32,000 nucleotides of DNA from Pyrodictium delaneyi (GCF_001412615.1 NZ_CP013011.1:1320001-1352000), one strand, 5' to 3'; shown: positions 7,890 to 15,844, counted from the first letter of the stretch. The notes: generated by a model from the letters alone, not told the origin. Program-made: numbers and translations.

Positions 7890-10193
7890 TTATGGCTTCG
7901 GGCTCCTTGCAAGCCTTTCGACTCTTACCAGGAGAGGTATACGGCGCTCGGGTACTGCGAGACCTGATACGAGGGCTTGGCCTGGCTCTAGGTCTGGAAG
8001 CCTCTCAACAGTCTCCTGGCTTACCGACCCGACACCCCTCTTTATCCCCGTCAAGTCGTCGGGGTTAGTTATACGGAGGGCTATCAGGGTAGCTGCTTGG
8101 CTGAGTATCCCGGGGTCTATGAAGCCGGGCCTCTGGCTGACCAGGATCAGGCTTAGCCCCCACTTTCGGCCTTCACGTGCCACCCGTAGCAGCAGGCTCT
8201 TGGAGGCTCGGTTCTCTCCGGCAGGAGCCAGGTTGTGGGCCTCCTCGACGACTATTAGGGTGCGGCGCTGGGGGCTATAGCTTGTAGTCGATACTGTGAA
8301 GGCTTCCGCTATGAGCCTGGCTACTGCGTGGTCGGTGTCTCCGCGGCTCGGGGGAGCTAGGTGTACTATGCTGAAGCCCTCGACAAGCCTCTGAGCGATG
8401 AGCCGGTAATGTGTAGCGTCTAGATGGGGTGACACGTGGCGGGCTACGCGGCGTAGGCCGCGGGCTAGGCTCTCTACTGTGCCCTTTGCATAACCTTCAA
8501 GGGAGCTTTTGACCCGGGAGAAGCTGGCACGGAGCGAGCCTACTAGCTCTCCGCTAGCCTTCTCGGGTAGCTTTTGCGGCTTCAAGCTGGCAAGTTTTTC
8601 GTCGTGCTCTAGTGCTGTGGCTATCACCTCCCAGGGGCTTATACTCGGGTCGCTTGACCCCCTACTAGGTGCTGGGAGGTAGCTTGCGATCTTGTAGAGA
8701 AAACCTGCTAGAGGGCTCTCATCTACCCCGGGCTGGCTAAGCCTCTCCTCAGCCTCTGATGCCAGGTTATAGGCTACGATCCCTGCTATGCTGCGGCAGT
8801 CCACAAAGGGGACACCCATGCTCTTGAGCTTCCTCCAGAGCGTAATGCACGCCTCCTTCTCGGCTTCGGCGGGGCTCTTACGGCCTACTAGTACACGTCT
8901 ATACTCATCTGCAGCATCTATTACGTGCTGTAATAGAATCCTGGGCTCAACTTTGTATCGTGTAAGCATATCCATTATGTCTGCTAGGCCCTTGACTTCG
9001 TTCACTACACCTACGTCGAGGAGCCCTAAAATATCGGCTACGGTTTCCAGGGCGTCTACGAATGCCGACGACGTTGTATGCGAGAGCTCGTAGACTTCCT
9101 CGACGCTGAGCCTCGAGGGAAGCGGAGTAGCAACCACGAGCATAGGCTCGTACTTGATGAGGCTAGCTGCAGTCTCCCTGGAGACGGATTTTATGCCACC
9201 ACTTGAATCGACCAAGTATATACTGTGGCGGCCATATACTAGCCCCCGCAAGTTCCTGCCAAAGCGCTTCTCCAGGTCTCCTAGGAGGCCCACAAGACTT
9301 GCTGCATACCTCTCGTCGCTCGCCCTCTTGAACCCAACCGATGAGAGATCGTAGGGAACTAGAATGGTCTTATTCGTGTTCCTAGCCCATGTTGCCGGCA
9401 AGCTGGTATACAGTTCGGGCTGCATCACGGCGTCGAGCAGGGGTACGATGTCCTCCCTGCGGTAGGGGTAGCCTGTATACTCCCCCGCTATATCGAAGAC
9501 TATGACCCCGCCGGAGTCGCTGAACTCGTCCTTCCTCCAGGCGTACTCCGCTACGATCCTCTTCACGGTCTCCGTCTTGCCGCTGCCTGTCTGCCCGAGC
9601 ACAGCCAGGTGCATTGTAAGCCTATCGGGGTCGAGATAGACGCGTATACCGGTATTGTATGCTAGCTTGCCGAGATAGATCCCCCTGCCGCCTTCGATAC
9701 CGCGGTGCAACAACGCCTCGATGGTGCTGGTGTCTGGCTCCTCTATGATGCTGCTTGGCCGCGGCGGCTGCTCGGGGAGGACTAGTACTGGACGGCCCTT
9801 CTCGTCTTGGGCTAGTTGGCCGAGGAGGCGCAGCTTTATCTCCCGTAGGCTGTGCCATGCGACTAGGCTGCTCGTGGGCGAGAATAAGGCCTCCAGTATG
9901 CGGCGGGCATCGGCTAGGCTCGAACCCCTCTCCTCGAGTATCCTTGCTATCTCTTCTAGCCTCTTGGTGTCGAGGGCTGGTATGAGGCTCTGCTCGGACA
10001 CGTCCACCACTAGTGCTAGGTAGTGGCGCTTGTTCTGCTCGTCGCGTACCAGCGCTAGGGCGCCGTAGCGGAGTAGCGTGGTAGCCGACTTGTAGACTAC
10101 GCCGCGTAGCTCGCTGTAGGACTCGACCGAGGCTATGAAGCCTACGAAGCCCTGGCTGCCTGGAGGGGGCGTGGAGCTAGGCGGCGTAGTCAA
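7890..10193 (-). CDS. HerA/FtsK-superfamily ATPase (HerA-like, enlarged)
   Basis: 767 aa with a TTG start. N-terminal HerA-barrel-like segment (GFVGFIASVESYSELRGVVYK...YLALVVDVSE). Walker A is VLGQTGSGKT (residues 198-207, nt ~9571-9600). Walker B is LIVVEEAHNL (residues ~646-655, nt ~8241-8262). Followed by RKWGLSLILVSQRPGFIDPGILSQAATLIALRITNPDD, typical of DUF87/HerA ATPases. Confidence 0.8.
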   Translation of the reverse strand: MTTPPSSTPPPGSQGFVGFIASVESYSELRGVVYKSATTLLRYGALALVRDEQNKRHYLALVVDVSEQSLIPALDTKRLEEIARILEERGSSLADARRILEALFSPTSSLVAWHSLREIKLRLLGQLAQDEKGRPVLVLPEQPPRPSSIIEEPDTSTIEALLHRGIEGGRGIYLGKLAYNTGIRVYLDPDRLTMHLAVLGQTGSGKTETVKRIVAEYAWRKDEFSDSGGVIVFDIAGEYTGYPYRREDIVPLLDAVMQPELYTSLPATWARNTNKTILVPYDLSSVGFKRASDERYAASLVGLLGDLEKRFGRNLRGLVYGRHSIYLVDSSGGIKSVSRETAASLIKYEPMLVVATPLPSRLSVEEVYELSHTTSSAFVDALETVADILGLLDVGVVNEVKGLADIMDMLTRYKVEPRILLQHVIDAADEYRRVLVGRKSPAEAEKEACITLWRKLKSMGVPFVDCRSIAGIVAYNLASEAEERLSQPGVDESPLAGFLYKIASYLPAPSRGSSDPSISPWEVIATALEHDEKLASLKPQKLPEKASGELVGSLRASFSRVKSSLEGYAKGTVESLARGLRRVARHVSPHLDATHYRLIAQRLVEGFSIVHLAPPSRGDTDHAVARLIAEAFTVSTTSYSPQRRTLIVVEEAHNLAPAGENRASKSLLLRVAREGRKWGLSLILVSQRPGFIDPGILSQAATLIALRITNPDDLTGIKRGVGSVSQETVERLPDLEPGQALVSGLAVPERRIPLLVRVERLARSPKP

Positions 10194-10337
10194 GGCCAGC
10201 TACAGCCCCGAGCAGGGTATATGTCTCCCCTGGGCTCTAGATAAGGGTTCTAGATATGCTGCCCCAGGGCGTGGATAGCATAGCATGTCCTCCAACGCTG
10301 CTACGCCCATAGCATCGTCTCCGCTACGCTGTATGTG

Positions 10338-11939
10338 CTATGCTAGGAGGGTGCGGGTCTCCCAGCCCCTTATGAAGCTGAGGTATGGCTGACTCTTCTT
10401 GGACATGTTTTCGAGGAGTGTTTTGAGGATATGCGCCTCGTCTAGGCTAAGACGGCTATACTTGTCCACTACCAGGAGCTGCGGGGGATACCCGTAGACT
10501 GTTAGGGATGCCGAGAGGCCGGTGAAAGACAGCAGAGTGTCCCAGCCCTGCATGCCATCCACGTACTCAACCCTTAAAGCTGGCGGCACTACTAGGAGCC
10601 GCGCTGCCTCGCACGGCGAAAGGCCTGCCTCGCCTAGGCTCCCGCGTAGCTCGCTACAGCCCGGCGGGCGGCGGGGCATTATGTAGGCGTATCTTATCTT
10701 GCGTAGCTCGTCTAGGGTCCTATACGCCTCGTCGATGTGGCATCGGAGCCTCTGCTCGCCCCCACGCTCCTCGAGCACTATCTCTAGCCAGCCTGTGTCC
10801 CCGCGCCGGGGCCTCGGCCGCGTAGCAGCGTAGACCCCGCCGCCGGGGGCAGGGCTAAGGTAGTAGAAGCCGTAGACAAGGTCGCTATCACTATAGCTCG
10901 TGGGGAGTACCCCGCTACTCCGTATCGCGGCCTCTAGCTGCTCCCTGGAGGCCGTCTCTAACCCAGTACCGTAGCGGAGCTGGAGCTCCTGCTCAAGCTC
11001 TGTGAGCATCTGTTCCCACTCACGCCTAGAGTCCAGCGCATCGGCTACAGCGCCCGGGTCGTCGCAGAGACAGTCCGCCGCATAGTCTGGGCCTCCCAGA
11101 GCCTTCAACGCGTCAACAATCTTCCGTTTCAGCAGCTCGCTCATCCACCATATCTTGCTGGCTACATTCTCGCTAGCAGACCTTCTCGCTACGTCGTGGA
11201 CTATGTCGGCTACCACCGAGGCTGCTAGGATGCGGCTCCTCTCGACACTCTCTACAACGCCCCCTACGCCGCAGTCGCCGTGGGAGGCGTCCTCGGCTAG
11301 ACGGCGGAGCAGGGAGAGCACAGCAAGCCCGATGTTAGCCCGGCCGCTATCCCTGCAGAGCCTAGCATCACCGACAATGCTATTCACCGTCCCGGGACCT
11401 AGCCCGGCGTAGCCTAGGGCAGCCCGGAGCACCCGCTCCGGCACATCGTATGCCCTGGAGAGTAGATGGTGTACCTGCTGTAGGAGAGGGCCATGGCGTA
11501 CTACGATGGCGTGCTCTGCCCCTGGTAGGCCGTGGCTATCGAGGAGCCTCTGCCATCCCTCGCATAGTGTGAGCAGCATGGCGAGTTCGACTAGGTAGCT
11601 TATGCCCTGCCTAGCTCTATCACTCCCCGCCATGGTGAAGATTGAGGGCCCTAGCCTCCCGTCGTCGTGCACGGGTGCTGGGTGGAGAACACGCTCCTCA
11701 ACTCTGCCTCCGCTGCTAGCCCTAGCGAGTACAGCTAGCTTGACCGCGAAGGCTTCTCCGCCCGGCTGCCTGACAGTCCTCGAGCCGGCGTCCACGTAGA
11801 AGAACGCCGTATCGGCGTCGAGGAGCCTCTCGGGGCCGGGCAGGCTCTCCCCTGGGAGCCAGAAGCCGCCGCTGCCGTAGCGGGCTAGGGCGGCGAAGAG
11901 TAGCTGGTAGGGCTCCAGCGTCAACGTATCCCTGCCCAC
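10338..11939 (-). CDS. NurA-like nuclease (putative partner of the HerA-like ATPase)
   Basis: 533 aa with a GTG start. N-terminal FFYVDAGSRTV resembles the NurA catalytic (V/I)DGS motif. C-terminal VYGYPPQLLVVDKYSRL resembles the NurA GYP...(A)D motif. Position immediately upstream of a HerA-like gene fits the HerA-NurA pairing. The call rests on short motifs only. Confidence 0.55.
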   Translation of the reverse strand: MGRDTLTLEPYQLLFAALARYGSGGFWLPGESLPGPERLLDADTAFFYVDAGSRTVRQPGGEAFAVKLAVLARASSGGRVEERVLHPAPVHDDGRLGPSIFTMAGSDRARQGISYLVELAMLLTLCEGWQRLLDSHGLPGAEHAIVVRHGPLLQQVHHLLSRAYDVPERVLRAALGYAGLGPGTVNSIVGDARLCRDSGRANIGLAVLSLLRRLAEDASHGDCGVGGVVESVERSRILAASVVADIVHDVARRSASENVASKIWWMSELLKRKIVDALKALGGPDYAADCLCDDPGAVADALDSRREWEQMLTELEQELQLRYGTGLETASREQLEAAIRSSGVLPTSYSDSDLVYGFYYLSPAPGGGVYAATRPRPRRGDTGWLEIVLEERGGEQRLRCHIDEAYRTLDELRKIRYAYIMPRRPPGCSELRGSLGEAGLSPCEAARLLVVPPALRVEYVDGMQGWDTLLSFTGLSASLTVYGYPPQLLVVDKYSRLSLDEAHILKTLLENMSKKSQPYLSFIRGWETRTLLA

Positions 11940-12005
11940 TATACTGCATAGAATCGCTACCGATATAGCTAGCGCGCTGCCGCTTCAACACGGGGTGCCC
12001 CCTTA

Positions 12006-12980
12006 TTGCCTGAGCCTCTATACAGCAGCTGCGAGGCCCACCTAGCCACAGTCGGGACAAGCCTGCTAGCCAACACGCTCCGCCTAGTACGCCAGGCCCT
12101 GGCCTCCGGCTCCACCCAGGCAAGGCTGGCCACGCCCCTGGGCAGCGTCACGGTGGACTTCAGCCAGCTCGGCGGCCCCGGGGCCCTCAGGGAGGTGGAG
12201 GAGTGTCTTGCCAGCTGCGCCGACCCAGCCCGTATCGACGAGGAGAAGTGTAGGCGCTGCATGTCGGGCGACACGCCGGCCAGGAGAGCGGTCGAGCTAG
12301 TCCTATACGCTGAGCCGTACACGGCCTCGGCGGAGCTTAACGCGGCCCGGTGGAGGCTTGGGAGCCCCCCGCGCTGCCCCGGCGGCGTGTTCTTCGTCCT
12401 CTACGCCTCCGACACCATTGCCGGGCAGCTAGCCGCGGAGATCCTAAGAGGCTACCTGGAGGACATCGGCTGCCGGGCCCGGGTAGAGGTCGTCAAGGGC
12501 CTCGGCCAGGAGCTGTGGGAAGGCATCGCTGAGCTAGCCCGGAGGATAATCTGCCACACAGACTGCCTAGCAGCCCGGGGTTGCCGGGTCTACGTAAACC
12601 CGACTGGCGGCTTCAAGCCCGAGTCAGCGGCGGCGGTGCTGGCAGCGGGCCTCGCCGGGGCGACAGCAGCCTACTACGTCCACGAGGCCATGAGGGAGCC
12701 CGTGTTCATACCGTTCCCACCGCTGGTAGTAGATGCGCGGCAGGCCTCCAGGCTCCTCCACGGAGCTGCGGCGCTCGAGACACGGAGCAGCGTCTGCCAG
12801 GGCGAGGTAGACGACCAGCTACTCGCGCTAGCAGTGCAGGCGGGCGCCGCCAGGCCCATGCCCAGGCAGCCCGGCTGCTACATGGTGGACGAGGAGAGGG
12901 CCCGGGAGCTCACGAGGCTACTCCGCGTAGTCCTCGGCGCCGGTGGCTGCGAGCCAGGCTGCCCAGTCCCCGGGCAGTAG
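12006..12980 (+). CDS. CARF-domain protein (Csm6/APE2256-like CARF) with short uncharacterised C-terminal tail
   Basis: 324 aa with a TTG start (the first start after the in-frame stop at 11970). HLATVGTSLLAN at the N-terminus, ASAELNA, and VYVNPTGGFKPES are hallmark CARF (APE2256/Csm6-type) motifs. The ~85-aa tail has no clear effector motif. Confidence 0.7.
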   Translation: MPEPLYSSCEAHLATVGTSLLANTLRLVRQALASGSTQARLATPLGSVTVDFSQLGGPGALREVEECLASCADPARIDEEKCRRCMSGDTPARRAVELVLYAEPYTASAELNAARWRLGSPPRCPGGVFFVLYASDTIAGQLAAEILRGYLEDIGCRARVEVVKGLGQELWEGIAELARRIICHTDCLAARGCRVYVNPTGGFKPESAAAVLAAGLAGATAAYYVHEAMREPVFIPFPPLVVDARQASRLLHGAAALETRSSVCQGEVDDQLLALAVQAGAARPMPRQPGCYMVDEERARELTRLLRVVLGAGGCEPGCPVPGQ

Positions 12981-13004
12981 AGGGGCGACGAGGGCGCGGC
13001 TGCC

Positions 13005-14711
13005 GTGGGCTGGGAGCAGCCCGCCGGGGCCCTCACCGGGGCGCTCCGGGGCTGCAGCCGGGTATACCTCGCCAACGCTGGCACAAGCCCCGAGGCCGTC
13101 GCCTCCGCGCTAGCCAGGCTAGCGGAGACCGGGCTACTCGACGAGACATGCATCATCCTGCTCACAACCCCGCAGAGCGCCACGGTGGCTAGGAAGGCCT
13201 CGGAGATCCTCAGCAAGGCAATGGACTTCGACTCTCTCAGGGCGCGCATAATTGTGGACGCCGACGCCGGGGAGGGGAGCGTCTACACCGGGATATTCGA
13301 CGACCCGTCCACAGCCATCGAGTCGCTACGCAGGTTGATGGCGGCTATACTGAGGGAGGCTAGGGAGGGGGATATACGGCTCATAGGTGCGGACATAACC
13401 GGCGGCACGAAGCTCATGGCGGGTGCGCTCGCGACGCTAACAGTCGCTGCAGCCATGTCCACGGGGGAGAAGAGGGCCGAAGACCAGGCGGGTAGAAGCG
13501 TCTACATATCGTATGCGCCGGGCGAGGCCTTCAGCCGCCCCGGGCTCCGGCAGAACGCCCCGGCGGGGTGGTGGGGAGGCAGAAGCTACCCCCACATACC
13601 GAGGCCCCTGCAGAAGCTAATACTGGTCGATGCAGCCCTTGTAGCCGGGAAGCCAGCCAGCGGGGGCGTTGTCCGCTACGCGTGCATGCCTGGGCTACTG
13701 AGGCTCCCGGAGCGCCTAGGCCTAGTACTCGACCCGGACGCGGGGCTTAGCCCCCTCCTAGACGCGGTCGCGTGGTCCACCCGGGTCGTCAACGCCGCTA
13801 CCTGTGGAGAGGCAGCCATAACCCTCGCCATATCGGGTAGGCGGTGGAGAATAGCCACCATAGACTGGCAGAAGCCAGCCCTAGAGCTGGATACCCCCAG
13901 GCTGCTGTGGGACGAGGGCTGGGTCAATATAGCTCACAGCTACGCTGATGCTCTCGGCGTCAATGACGACAGGCAGGTGGAGCAGCTCCCCAAGTGCTTC
14001 TCGAGGCTAGCCAGGTTCGCGGTAGCCCGCCTCGCGGTACGGGACGCCAGCGGGGACTATAGCGGTCTAAGGGGGAGGCCATTCTCGGAGGCGGTGATCC
14101 GCGCCGCCCAGGATGGCAGAGGCATCGTCCTGGACACTAATGCGCTGTACAACGGTGCTCATAACAGCCTCCTAGAAGCCGAGACCATAGCCGCTCTTAG
14201 GCCGGTGCAGCCACAGCCCCGCAGCAACCCGCTACACGTGCCGTCATGCGCGCTCCGAGAGCTACGCAACAGGCTGATGGAGGAGGCTAAGCAGAAGCCA
14301 GGCCTGGCAAGCCCATGCTTCGCTTCAACACTACTAGCCCACCAGGCGGCTAGCGGGCTCCCCGTAGTGGAGACGCCCGGCGAGCAGCGCTGCGACTACA
14401 CAGTCTACGAGATGGCCAGGAAGGAGCAGTACATAGTAGCCACGTCAGACACTGGAATAGCAAACCTGGCAAAAGCCACCGGCGCACCGCTACTACACCT
14501 CCACCCGAGTAGCCCAGCGCACCCAGACCAGGAGAAGCCCTGGACACAGCACCAGGCAGCAGCCGCAGCAGCCCAGCTCATAGCATACCTCGCCATGATC
14601 ATTCCCTGCAGCAAGGGCAGCGTGCTGGTAGAAGGCGACGCCAGAACAGTAGCCCTATGCCGCCAAGACGGCTACATAGCCGCAAAGGAGGAGAACAAGC
14701 ACAGCAAATAG
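13005..14711 (+). CDS. CARF-PIN fusion protein
   Basis: 568 aa with a GTG start. N-terminal CARF-like motifs VYLANAGTSPEAV (residues ~20-32) and IGADITGGTKLMAG (~127-140). C-terminal PIN-like motifs GIVLDTNALYNG (D377), ALRELRN, and YIVATSDTGIANLAKATGAPLL (D482). About 200 unassigned residues lie between the two domains, and a ~65-aa tail follows. Confidence 0.7.
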   Translation: MGWEQPAGALTGALRGCSRVYLANAGTSPEAVASALARLAETGLLDETCIILLTTPQSATVARKASEILSKAMDFDSLRARIIVDADAGEGSVYTGIFDDPSTAIESLRRLMAAILREAREGDIRLIGADITGGTKLMAGALATLTVAAAMSTGEKRAEDQAGRSVYISYAPGEAFSRPGLRQNAPAGWWGGRSYPHIPRPLQKLILVDAALVAGKPASGGVVRYACMPGLLRLPERLGLVLDPDAGLSPLLDAVAWSTRVVNAATCGEAAITLAISGRRWRIATIDWQKPALELDTPRLLWDEGWVNIAHSYADALGVNDDRQVEQLPKCFSRLARFAVARLAVRDASGDYSGLRGRPFSEAVIRAAQDGRGIVLDTNALYNGAHNSLLEAETIAALRPVQPQPRSNPLHVPSCALRELRNRLMEEAKQKPGLASPCFASTLLAHQAASGLPVVETPGEQRCDYTVYEMARKEQYIVATSDTGIANLAKATGAPLLHLHPSSPAHPDQEKPWTQHQAAAAAAQLIAYLAMIIPCSKGSVLVEGDARTVALCRQDGYIAAKEENKHSK

Positions 14712-14737
14712 CACCAGCAACTAGAGGGGCGCCAAGG

Positions 14738-15214
14738 ATGCCCCGGCTAGTAGCGCTCATCGGCGCTAGCCCTGGGGTGCTACACACCACCCTCTGCCTC
14801 CTACGCCGGAAAGGCATACAGGTGGACGAGGTAGTAGTGGTTGCCACACGCCACGAATGGGGCACCGAGGCGATAGAGATCGCCAGGAGCTGCCCCTGCC
14901 CCGGAGAAGAAGCACCACCAGCACCACCAGCTACACGCCTCCTACTACTCCCCTCCACCGACATAACAGGCCCCCAGGACATCACCCAGCTGAGAAAAAC
15001 ACTATCCAGGCTCCTCGGCCCAGACACGATACTAGACGTCACAGGCGGCCGGAAACTCATGAGCATAGCAGCAGCCCTCGAAGCCCTAAGAAAAGGCGCA
15101 ACCATCACAGCCTCGATAATACCCATACACGAGTACGACCGGATACGCAGAGCAACCAAGCCCTGCGACAAAACAATCCAAAACCCCAGCACAGCACACC
15201 TAACAAGACTCTAA
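14738..15214 (+). CDS. Stand-alone mini-CARF protein (NE0113/Csx14-like)
   Basis: 158 aa from ATG 14738. The track start at 14657 overlaps the previous gene and adds an implausible Arg-rich extension. MPRLVALIGASPGVLHTTLCLL and ILDVTGGRKLMSIAAALEAL match the two CARF signature elements of small NE0113-type proteins. The coding strand is strongly A+C-rich. Confidence 0.6.
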   Translation: MPRLVALIGASPGVLHTTLCLLRRKGIQVDEVVVVATRHEWGTEAIEIARSCPCPGEEAPPAPPATRLLLLPSTDITGPQDITQLRKTLSRLLGPDTILDVTGGRKLMSIAAALEALRKGATITASIIPIHEYDRIRRATKPCDKTIQNPSTAHLTRL

Positions 15215-15286
15215 GAACAACTCTAAGAACACAAAAAGACACCTAGAACCACCCTCCACCGCACACAACGGCCACAAATTACACTC

Positions 15287-15797
15287 CATTCAGTTCTATT
15301 TGCCATGATTCAGAGCGTGAACAGCGGCCTCGACCGCTACGTCGGCTAGCAGGACTTTCAGTTCTATTTGTTATGATTCCTAGTAACTGAAGTCGGGTAC
15401 GAGGAGGCACAAATGATACGTGTCTTTCAGTTCTATTTGTTATGATTCATGGTGATGTTGAGGAAGCTAAGGCACTCCTAGAAGCCATAGTCTTTCAGTT
15501 CTATTTGTTATGATTCCTTCGGGAGTTGGCGCTCCTCACGCCCGAGGAGCCCCTCATTCACCTTTCAGTTCTATTTGTTATGATTCAGAATATGTAAGTA
15601 CACCATTTGTCAGGACTACAGAGTCATCTTTCAGTTCTATTTGTTATGATTCTTGAAGGCAGCTAGTGATTGGTGGCTATCCAACGTATTAACGAAAACG
15701 TTGACTTTCAGTTCTATTTGTTATGATTCCACCGGCGGCTAAGAGGGAGCAGCCCAAGGAAGAGGCTAAAGCCTTTCAGTTCTATTTGTTATGATTC
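15287..15797 (-). CRISPR. CRISPR array 1 (8 repeats, 7 spacers), transcribed on the minus strand
   Basis: The 25-nt repeat CTTTCAGTTCTATTTGTTATGATTC on the plus strand starts at 15287*, 15355, 15424, 15492, 15562, 15628, 15705 and 15773 (* = 3 mismatches). Spacers are 43, 44, 43, 45, 41, 52 and 43 nt. The degenerate copy lies at the left end and the conserved leader at the right, so the functional orientation is GAATCATAACAAATAGAACTGAAAG (GAAAG 3' end, predicted 8-nt handle ACUGAAAG). Confidence 0.95.
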
Positions 15798-15834
15798 TGC
15801 ATTTTCTCTGTCTAGTGTAGTTGTTGTGGTGCAT

Positions 15835-15844
15835 GTATTTATTT
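15835..15844 (-). promoter_or_regulatory. Putative TATA box for pre-crRNA of array 1
   Basis: The minus strand reads AAATAAATAC, 38-47 nt upstream of the first repeat. The same AATAAATAC occurs at the equivalent position of leader 2. Confidence 0.45.

Noticed and set aside
11722-12322. Minus-strand ORFs 11722-12123 and 11969-12322 spanning the divergent promoter.
   Set aside because: They overlap the NurA-like and CARF genes in other frames. They are Arg/Ser/Pro-rich and would straddle the intergenic TATA region.
12350-13249. Arg/Gly/Pro-rich alternative-frame ORFs (12350-12532, 12581-13192 on plus; 12674-12859, 12878-13249 on minus).
   Set aside because: They lie inside or across the two CARF genes in high-GC sequence. 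They have low-complexity composition and no motifs.
15653-15704. An unusually long 52-nt spacer in array 1 containing an internal inverted repeat (CAACG...CGTTG). Self-targeting by any of the 15 spacers is a general question.
   Set aside because: The length is within what long-spacer crenarchaeal arrays tolerate. A by-eye comparison found no spacer match within this window. A proper BLAST against the genome and viruses is needed.
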